Positions 57,717 through 64,000 of a DNA stretch of 64,000 bases are shown piece after piece. A model generated the notes under the pieces. The model saw nothing but the letters and a program-made list of their open reading frames with translations, ran no database searches and was not told the DNA's origin. Both the position numbers and the translations under genes were made by a program. Numbering within the stretch: the first letter of the stretch is position 1; each line of letters starts with the position of its first letter. This stretch comes from an uncultured Pseudomonadales bacterium. GTDB taxonomy: Bacteria; Patescibacteriota; Microgenomatia; UBA1400; Chazhemtobacteraceae. Location of the stretch: positions 185,013-249,012 of the forward strand of contig CAYQZQ010000001.1 of assembly GCA_964422035.1 (NCBI GenBank). Reading direction: 5' to 3'.

Positions 57717-58820
57717 TTACAACTTTTCCGCTCTGGCCACAGCTGCCAGTATTCCTAAACTGGCCAATGTGGTTAACAACGAGGAACCACCATATGATAT
57801 TAAAGGTAGAGGAATACCGGTAAGGGGAACCAGCGCAGCCATAGCAGAAATATTTAAGAGGGTCTGAATAGCTATCCAGCCGGCGATACCTCCTGCCAGC
57901 AATTGGTGAAAGCTGTCTTTTGACTGAACAGCAATTCTAAAACCGATAACGGCCAAGGCGGCTAGTAAGACTACTATTAAGGAGGCACCTAAAAAGCCTG
58001 TTTCTTCAGCAATGATGGCAAAGATTGAGTCTGTGGTGGCTTCAGGCAGATAGCGATATTTTTGCCGGCTGCGCCCCAGACCCACCCCTGTCCAGCCCCC
58101 TGAACCTAAGGCAATTAAAACCTGATTTATGTGGTAGGAGGATCCGAGCGTGTCTTGAGTAGGATCTAAAAAAGTGGATACTCGGGCTCGGCGATAGGGA
58201 GATGAAAGTATCAGTAGTGACCCTAAGGCGAGGCCGCCCAAGCCGATGATGAGCATTGAAGAAAGATTGGCGCCAGATAGATAATAAACTAAAAAGCCTG
58301 TGGTAGCTAAAACTACGGTGGTACCCAAGTCAGGCTGGATAAGAGTAAGACCCAAAACTACAATCATGATAAATAAGAAACTGGGTAGAGGACGTTTTTC
58401 CTGAAGCCAGGCAGCTAAGTAAAAGATAAGAGCCGGCTTTAGAAGCTCTGACGGCTGCAACTGAATGCCGCCAATTCTTAACCATCTACGTGCACCTTGT
58501 ACCTGTTGACCCAGACCGGGAATAAGAACCAAAATCATTAAAAGAAGGGTAAAAATAAAAACAGAAGTAGCAGTTTTTTTAATGATATTAGTTGGAAGTC
58601 TTGAAGTAACTAACATGATAATTAAACCAGCAACAGCCCAAATTAATTGCTGACGGGCAAAATGAAACTTGTCTTGGAAATCTACAAATGCTTCGTAGAC
58701 ACTGGCATCGTAAACAGCAATTATACCTAAAAGAAGAATTAAGAAGGTTAGGCCTATGAGGGCGTAATAAAGTTTAAGTTGAGACTTGGATTGGTCGTAC
58801 TGACGTTGAGGACGACTCAT
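57717..58820 (-). CDS. ftsW: Peptidoglycan glycosyltransferase FtsW
   Basis: GARRWL, QPSELLK, QPDLGT, YLPEATTDSIFAIIAEE, PLTGIPLPLISYGGSS. Confidence 0.95.
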   Translation of the reverse strand: MSRPQRQYDQSKSQLKLYYALIGLTFLILLLGIIAVYDASVYEAFVDFQDKFHFARQQLIWAVAGLIIMLVTSRLPTNIIKKTATSVFIFTLLLMILVLIPGLGQQVQGARRWLRIGGIQLQPSELLKPALIFYLAAWLQEKRPLPSFLFIMIVVLGLTLIQPDLGTTVVLATTGFLVYYLSGANLSSMLIIGLGGLALGSLLILSSPYRRARVSTFLDPTQDTLGSSYHINQVLIALGSGGWTGVGLGRSRQKYRYLPEATTDSIFAIIAEETGFLGASLIVVLLAALAVIGFRIAVQSKDSFHQLLAGGIAGWIAIQTLLNISAMAALVPLTGIPLPLISYGGSSLLTTLASLGILAAVARAEKL

Positions 58821-58821
58821 G

Positions 58822-59847
58822 TTAGATCAGAGCCAACCAAACACCAAAGATAACTACCATGATGCTGGCTAACCAAGCGCGGGTAACGATCTTTGGTTCA
58901 CTCCAACCCATTTTCAAAAGCCAGTAATGCAGTGGTGCAACCGGAAGAATTTTTTTACCAAAGATCTTTTTTGAACCAATTTGAACGAAACTTGACAGGC
59001 CAGTAATGATGAAAGGTGCGCCCATAACAACTAAGGCAACGATTTTACCCAAAAGCAGACCCACCACTGCCAGAGTGGCACCAAACGACATGGCACCAAC
59101 GTCTCCCATAAAAATACGGGCCGGATATACATTAAAGTACAAGAAGGCCATCAATGAACCAAGCCATAAAGCGATAAAGATAGAAAGCGGAGTATCAAGA
59201 ATGGAAGCGGACAAAAACCAAAAACCAAACAAGGTAATCATTAGAATACCGCCTGCAAGCCCATCCATGCCATCGGTAATGTTAACACTATTGGTAAAAC
59301 CAATAATCAACAGAGCTGCTAGAGGAATAAAGAAGGGGCCAAGGTCAAGGACTCCAATAAAGGGAATATTTAGAATTGAGATTCCTAAGTTAAAGTACAG
59401 AAGAGAGCCAATGGTGAGTGAGAGAATAATCTGGATAAACAACTTGTGAATTGACTTTAGGCCGGCAAAACCCTGATCCCTCTCCATCTCAAAGAAACCA
59501 ACAACATCGTCATACAAACCGAGTAACCCAAACGAAAGGAAAGTAAAAAAGATGATATTTATCTCATCAACCAAGGGGTATACCTGAGTGACATATAAGC
59601 CTAAAAATCTAAGTAGCGGAAAAAGTAGTGCAAACAAGAGGCTGACCATCGCTATCATTAAAAGCCCACCACCTTCTGGAGTTTCAAGTTTGCTTTTAAT
59701 GTGATCAGAGGCGGCATTTTTCTTAGCCGAGATTATAGCCGTAGGAGATTTATAAAACTTTATTTTATACAGAAGATTAATAAAAGGAACAATGGCTATG
59801 CTGTTGACTATGAAGGAGAAAATTAAAATTCCAAAAAGGAGTGACAT
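58822..59847 (-). CDS. mraY: Phospho-N-acetylmuramoyl-pentapeptide transferase (divergent)
   Basis: LYDD, NSVNITDGMDGL, FNVYPARIFMGDVG, APLH; dcw position. Confidence 0.88.
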   Translation of the reverse strand: MSLLFGILIFSFIVNSIAIVPFINLLYKIKFYKSPTAIISAKKNAASDHIKSKLETPEGGGLLMIAMVSLLFALLFPLLRFLGLYVTQVYPLVDEINIIFFTFLSFGLLGLYDDVVGFFEMERDQGFAGLKSIHKLFIQIILSLTIGSLLYFNLGISILNIPFIGVLDLGPFFIPLAALLIIGFTNSVNITDGMDGLAGGILMITLFGFWFLSASILDTPLSIFIALWLGSLMAFLYFNVYPARIFMGDVGAMSFGATLAVVGLLLGKIVALVVMGAPFIITGLSSFVQIGSKKIFGKKILPVAPLHYWLLKMGWSEPKIVTRAWLASIMVVIFGVWLALI

Positions 59848-59848
59848 T

Positions 59849-60208
59849 TTAGTTAGCTAATTTTAGTAAGTAGGGAGCAAAAATAATAATACCAATAATT
59901 ACTGATGCAATTGATGAGACTAGAACCATGCCGGCACCGACATCTTTGGCTATCTTGGCATGAGCACTGTGCTTTATTGTAATCAGATCAACAATGGACT
60001 CAATACCGGTGTTGATCATTTCGGTGATGATAACAAGACTGATTGTAAATATGATTATCAACCACTCCCAAACTTGTATTTTTAAAAACAAGCCTAATAA
60101 AGTAACAGCTATGGCCATTACAAAATGAATTCTTAAGTTAACCTGGGTTTTGAGGGCGTACATTAGTCCCCGTATGGCATGCTTGAATGAATTGTGGCGT
60201 GATTGCAT
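59849..60208 (-). CDS. dgkA: Prokaryotic diacylglycerol/undecaprenol kinase family protein
   Basis: SFKHAIRGL, NLRIH, EMINTGIESIVD, AKIAKDVGAG. Start at ATG 60208 (TAAACT 7 nt upstream). Confidence 0.9.
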   Translation of the reverse strand: MQSRHNSFKHAIRGLMYALKTQVNLRIHFVMAIAVTLLGLFLKIQVWEWLIIIFTISLVIITEMINTGIESIVDLITIKHSAHAKIAKDVGAGMVLVSSIASVIIGIIIFAPYLLKLAN

Positions 60209-60231
60209 TATTTTAAGTTTAGCAGATTCTA

Positions 60232-61959
60232 TCAATCAGAAAGTAAAATCAAATTTTTTGCAATATCAAACCATAGTGGAGCAGCAGTCTCGCTACCCCA
60301 AGGAGATGTTTGAGGTTCTCTTAAGGTAACCAGCATGGTGTACTTGGGATCATCGGCTGGGAAAAAACCTACAAAACTAGCTATCGTCTTATCCTCGTCG
60401 TAGTGACCAGCGATGGGAATCTGTGCCGTTCCAGTTTTACCAGCAATTTTAATGTTTTCCGGTTTGGTCCATTTGGCTGCCCCGTCTTCAACGGCTGACA
60501 CCATCATTTCTTTGATTTGCTGTGATGACTGTTTGGAGATGACTTGTCTAGATTGTAATTTTTTGACGGGAACTTCTTCATTGGCAGTTTTAATTGACTG
60601 AACAATGTGGGGAGAGACCATCTTGCCATTATTGGCTAAAGCATTGATAGCGGTTATCAGTTGAATACGAGTAACAGCGATGCCCTGACCAAATGATGTG
60701 GTGGCAATCTCGATTGGTCCCATATCATTAACATCGCTTAGGCTGCCACTAACTTCTTCCTGAAGGTCAACGTCTGTTTTTGAGCCAAGACCAAATTTGT
60801 CTAGATAATCATGCAGATCTTTTGCGCCTAATTTTCTAGCAACAAAAACCATGCCTGTGTTATCTGAGTTAACAATGGTTTCTGTCATGGTGGTGTTGGG
60901 GTGATACTCTTCGTTCCAGGTTTTGATTGTATATTTACCGATTTTGATGGGCTTGGCGCAGATGTCACACTCTGTATCCGGCTTGACTTTGCCGGTATCT
61001 AGAGCAGCGGCCATAACTAAGGGTTTAAAGATAGAGCCTGGTTCGAAAAGATTGGCTACAACGGGGTTTTTATAAAGGGACTGATCGTATTGATAGAAGA
61101 TCCTGGAATCATATGAGGGAAGGTTGGCTAAAGATAGAATTGCTCCAGTCTTTGAGTTCATGATTATGGCTGTTCCCTGTTTGGCCCCATACTTTTTGAG
61201 GCCTTCTTTAAGCAGCTTCTCCACTTGATACTGAAAGCTGCGATTTATGGTAGTGACTAGATCGCGACCATTACGTGAAGTTATGTTTTGATAGCGGCCG
61301 ACTAAGATAGGGTTGCCTTGAGCATCAGTTTCCTGAATAAGCTGACCTGATCTGCCCTGCAACTGGCGATCATAGTAGCCTTCCAGACCAAAGTAACCTT
61401 GGGGTTGACCGGAGTTATCTTTGCCGACAAAGCCGAGAATGTTGGCGCTCATGGATGCTTCAGGATAGTAACGGATTGTTTGAGGCTGGAAGCCTAATCC
61501 TTTTATGCCCAGTTTCTCGATAGATTCTTTTTGATCGATTGTTAAGTGATGTTTTAGGGCAATCCAGGAACGATCCATGGAGAATCTTTGCTTTAAATAG
61601 TCTTGTGTTAGCTTGATTCTTTCATCTAAAGGTACAACTTGAGCTGAGCTTGTGGCAGGCAGATTATCATGGGCAAGAATGGGTGAGATTTCTTCGCTTA
61701 TTTGATCGGTTGGTTTTTCAATATGAGGTGTGTAGGCATATAGGAGATATCGGTTTTCTGTTCCGGCTAGGATGGAGCCGTCACTGCTTAGAATGCTACC
61801 CCTGTGGGCGTCGATACTAACGATATCACTGTGCTGACTGGATGCTTTAGTAGACAGTTGTGGTCTGCGAATTATCTGCCAGTAAAATAGACGACCAAGA
61901 ACAAGAAGACTTAAAACGGGGATAAGGACCTGAACTAGTTTAAGTCTTAAACGTGTCAC
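60232..61959 (-). CDS. ftsI: Class B penicillin-binding protein (FtsI/PBP2 type)
   Basis: RGSI, RYYP, GLEGYYD, EPGSIFK (SxxK), SDN, KTGTAQ. Confidence 0.93.
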   Translation of the reverse strand: MTRLRLKLVQVLIPVLSLLVLGRLFYWQIIRRPQLSTKASSQHSDIVSIDAHRGSILSSDGSILAGTENRYLLYAYTPHIEKPTDQISEEISPILAHDNLPATSSAQVVPLDERIKLTQDYLKQRFSMDRSWIALKHHLTIDQKESIEKLGIKGLGFQPQTIRYYPEASMSANILGFVGKDNSGQPQGYFGLEGYYDRQLQGRSGQLIQETDAQGNPILVGRYQNITSRNGRDLVTTINRSFQYQVEKLLKEGLKKYGAKQGTAIIMNSKTGAILSLANLPSYDSRIFYQYDQSLYKNPVVANLFEPGSIFKPLVMAAALDTGKVKPDTECDICAKPIKIGKYTIKTWNEEYHPNTTMTETIVNSDNTGMVFVARKLGAKDLHDYLDKFGLGSKTDVDLQEEVSGSLSDVNDMGPIEIATTSFGQGIAVTRIQLITAINALANNGKMVSPHIVQSIKTANEEVPVKKLQSRQVISKQSSQQIKEMMVSAVEDGAAKWTKPENIKIAGKTGTAQIPIAGHYDEDKTIASFVGFFPADDPKYTMLVTLREPQTSPWGSETAAPLWFDIAKNLILLSD

Positions 61960-61973
61960 ATTCTAATTTTAAC

Positions 61974-62267
61974 TTATCGATTGTTGATGTAGGCAACTGG
62001 GGCAATATCTTTTAGAGCTAGAGGTTTTGAAATCTTGATAAAACCTTTTTCCTTTGCCTGTTCCTCCAGATAGCTTAGTGATGAGCAATGGGCAATCTTG
62101 TTGGCGAGGATCTGGTTTTCGTTTTCTAGTTGAAGAGTTTTTTGGTGAATTTGTTCCAGCTCTTGTCCCTGAGTAGCAAGCAAATTGGTGCCGATGATGT
62201 TTAAGATGGCAAGCACTACTACTAGTGCGGCGGTTATTTTAAGGCTTATGTTTAAGTGTTTATCCAT
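61974..62267 (-). CDS. ftsL: FtsL-like protein
   Basis: Single TM followed by a coiled coil (LENENQIL...LEEQAKEKGF); position between rsmH and ftsI. Confidence 0.75.
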   Translation of the reverse strand: MDKHLNISLKITAALVVVLAILNIIGTNLLATQGQELEQIHQKTLQLENENQILANKIAHCSSLSYLEEQAKEKGFIKISKPLALKDIAPVAYINNR

Positions 62268-62268
62268 T

Positions 62269-63192
62269 TTATTTTTTTTGTGCTACTCTCAGCTTGGCGC
62301 TGCGAGAGCGGGGGTTATATTTAATTTCTGATGTCTGTGGACTAATTGGTTTTTTAGTTAATATTTTTAATTGACTTGAGTTCTTGAAAAACTGTTTAAC
62401 GATTCTGTCTTCTCCGGCGTGAAAAGAGATAATAATCAGCTTGGCATCTTTTTGTAAAAGTTCTACCGCTTGTGGTAGAGCTTGAGCAAGGTTTTCTCTT
62501 TCAGAGTTGACTGCCATTCTTAAAGCCTGAAATACTTTAGTGGCTGGATGGAGTTTGCCTGATCGGTGTTTTACTGATTCAACTAAGTAAGCCAGCTCTT
62601 TGGTGGTTGTGATAGGTTTTTCTTTTCTGGTATTGACTATTTTTTCTGCGATTGGTTTGGCAAAAGGTTCGTCACCTAAAGTTCTAAATAAGTTTTTTAA
62701 CTCAGCAGTGCGAAGACCGTTTATTAGATCAGCAGCGGAAACAGCTAGGTCAGGATCCATTCTCATGTCCAGCGGGGCATCTGATTGGAAACTAAAACCT
62801 CTCTGTGAGGAGAGTATTTGATGAGTTGAAACTCCCAGATCAAAAAGAATGCCAGAAAATTTTTCAAAACCCATTTTTGCTGTTAATTCTTTTAGGTTTG
62901 AAAAATTACCCTGAAGCAGTATGCAGTCGGATGTTTTATCGACTTCTTTTGGTTTGGTAAGAACTTGAACATCTTTGTCTGGTAGTTGATCTGCGATGAT
63001 CTTTTGAGACCTTTCTAAGGCCTTTGGATCTCGATCTAATCCCAAGACATTTGAATCATGCTTAAGCAGCTCTAGAGTATGCCCGGCATCGCCTAAGGTG
63101 GCATCCAGATGCCATTGACCTTGTTGGGGATTAAGATGCTTTAACACCTCTTCCATCAAGACTGGTTTGTGTAGGTTTTTAATTTCTTTCAT
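62269..63192 (-). CDS. rsmH: 16S rRNA m4C1402 methyltransferase
   Basis: HKPVL, DATLGDAGH, FDLGVS, RGFSF, LDMRMD, HPATKVFQALRMAVN, NPRSRSAKLR. Confidence 0.97.
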   Translation of the reverse strand: MKEIKNLHKPVLMEEVLKHLNPQQGQWHLDATLGDAGHTLELLKHDSNVLGLDRDPKALERSQKIIADQLPDKDVQVLTKPKEVDKTSDCILLQGNFSNLKELTAKMGFEKFSGILFDLGVSTHQILSSQRGFSFQSDAPLDMRMDPDLAVSAADLINGLRTAELKNLFRTLGDEPFAKPIAEKIVNTRKEKPITTTKELAYLVESVKHRSGKLHPATKVFQALRMAVNSERENLAQALPQAVELLQKDAKLIIISFHAGEDRIVKQFFKNSSQLKILTKKPISPQTSEIKYNPRSRSAKLRVAQKK

Positions 63193-63620
63193 ATATTTAG
63201 TTGTGACAATTGTTCTTCTATCTTTTCAGTTTGTTTTTCAAGATTGTCAAGGTGCTGGTGGTATAGATCTCTGTCCCAGATTTCAATCCTGGTTAGAGCT
63301 CCGGCTACCACTATGTTTTTGTCTAGATTGACTGTCTCCCGAAGGTGTTGAGGAATAAGAGTACGCCCCTGAGGATCGAGATCTAAGGGGGTGGCTGATT
63401 GTACGAGTAAACGGACGAATTGTCTTGCTTGAGGGCTGGTCAAGGGCAGAGAGGCCAGCTTGTCGGAGAGTTTCTGCCAGGAAGAGGCGGGGAAAAGAAA
63501 CAGGCATCCATCCATTCCTCTGGTGATGACGCCACCAGATTTTAGTTCTTTGCGAAACTTCTTGGGAATCGACAGACGACCTTTGTTCTCGAGATGATGA
63601 TAGTAGCGGCCAATAAACAT
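63189..63620 (-). CDS. mraZ: Division/cell wall cluster transcriptional repressor MraZ
   Basis: MFIGRY...KGRLSIPKKFR, RGMDGCL, DPQGR, RIEIW. Confidence 0.96.
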   Translation of the reverse strand: MFIGRYYHHLENKGRLSIPKKFRKELKSGGVITRGMDGCLFLFPASSWQKLSDKLASLPLTSPQARQFVRLLVQSATPLDLDPQGRTLIPQHLRETVNLDKNIVVAGALTRIEIWDRDLYHQHLDNLEKQTEKIEEQLSQLNI

Positions 63621-63680
63621 ATTTCATATGGCAGGCGAGTGCTTTTTGTTAATTATTTATTTGTTAATTATCGGTTGCTT

Positions 63681-63696
63681 TACCACCCTATACCAC
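63681..63696 (-). promoter_or_regulatory. Candidate MraZ-binding direct repeats (GTGGTA x2, 10-nt period)
   Basis: TACCAC at + 63681-86 and 63691-96, upstream of mraZ; TTGACA on the minus strand at 63723-28. MraZ boxes are GTGG-type repeats with about 10-nt period. Confidence 0.6.
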
Positions 63697-63810
63697 TTTC
63701 AGTTAACTATAGTCTGATACCCTTGTCAAGAGTTAAACAATAGAGTGAACACACCTGAAACAGGGTTTTTGCAAAACACAGAAAACTAAAAATAGAGGGT
63801 TAGAGAAAAG

Positions 63811-63998
63811 TTACTTTACAGCTATGAAGGGGCCGACTTGATAGAGTGTCACCTCTTCTGTTTCTCCTTGAAGATCGTCTCTTATTATCTCGATTTGATT
63901 GCTTTGAGGAGACAGGTCAATATCAGCAACCAAGTACTGGCCTTCTTTTTGGGCTTCTATTTCTTGATATTCTTGCCCGTTGTAGTAGTAAAGCTTTT
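63811..63998 (-). CDS. 3' end of a hypothetical protein (enters from window end)
   Basis: Open frame ...KSFYYYNGQEYQEIEAQKEGQYLVADIDLSPQSNQIEIIRDDLQGETEEVTLYQVGPFIAVK*; family not recognised. Confidence 0.55.
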   Translation of the reverse strand, partial: KLYYYNGQEYQEIEAQKEGQYLVADIDLSPQSNQIEIIRDDLQGETEEVTLYQVGPFIAVK

Positions 63999-64000
63999 GG

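Noticed and set aside
1111-63627. Numerous 60-200 aa antisense or alternate-frame ORFs inside conserved genes (e.g. 5107-5712, 13549-14124, 53670-54152, 59006-59449)
   Set aside because: They lie opposite or within well-conserved CDSs and have no recognisable motifs; expected shadow ORFs.
63645-63671. 12-nt direct repeat TTTGTTAATTAT x2 in the mraZ leader
   Set aside because: AT-rich and only two copies; cannot be distinguished from a chance or slippage duplication.
63747-63762. parS-like sequence GAACACACCTGAAACA
   Set aside because: Only the right half matches TGTTNCACGTGAAACA; not palindromic.
1-64000. Alternative genetic code (UGA=Gly, as in Gracilibacteria/Absconditabacteria)
   Set aside because: Conserved genes are full-length under code 11, and TGA ends genes such as ddl, uvrC and rodA.

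Overview
Chromosomal housekeeping DNA (standard genetic code, AT-rich, very compact) that by gene content and style most likely comes from a Patescibacteria (CPR) bacterium of the Microgenomates group; this assignment is inference, not a database result. In order: a lower-glycolysis/acetate cluster (PMM/PGM, ppsA, eno, two unrelated phosphoglycerate-mutase-family genes, acsA, 2-oxoacid:ferredoxin oxidoreductase); lexA divergent from uvrB-uvrA-(transglutaminase-like)-uvrC; secG and an orphan ABC substrate-binding protein; two DedA genes flanking a CIRCE-preceded hsp20; 16 tRNA genes, most interleaved with glmS and ddl; a surface-glycan locus (O-antigen-ligase-like, GT-C, GT2/GT4, flippase, DUF4012) with a large secreted lipase-like protein; lepB; an rplU-methyltransferase-rpmA-parB unit; rodA; ileS; and a dcw cluster with no Mur ligases. 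I saw no CRISPR array, prophage or transposase. The most notable signals are non-coding. (1) An ileS T-box riboswitch joins an ultrashort, Actinobacteria-style Stem I (apical AUC specifier) to a transcriptional terminator, upstream of a GVHH-type IleRS2. (2) A -10 box (TAnnnT) sits 6-8 nt before the start codon of about 20 genes and 8-11 nt before nine tRNAs, suggesting leaderless mRNAs and very short pre-tRNA leaders. (3) The uvrC GIY-YIG start is overprinted on the membrane anchor of a transglutaminase-like gene.
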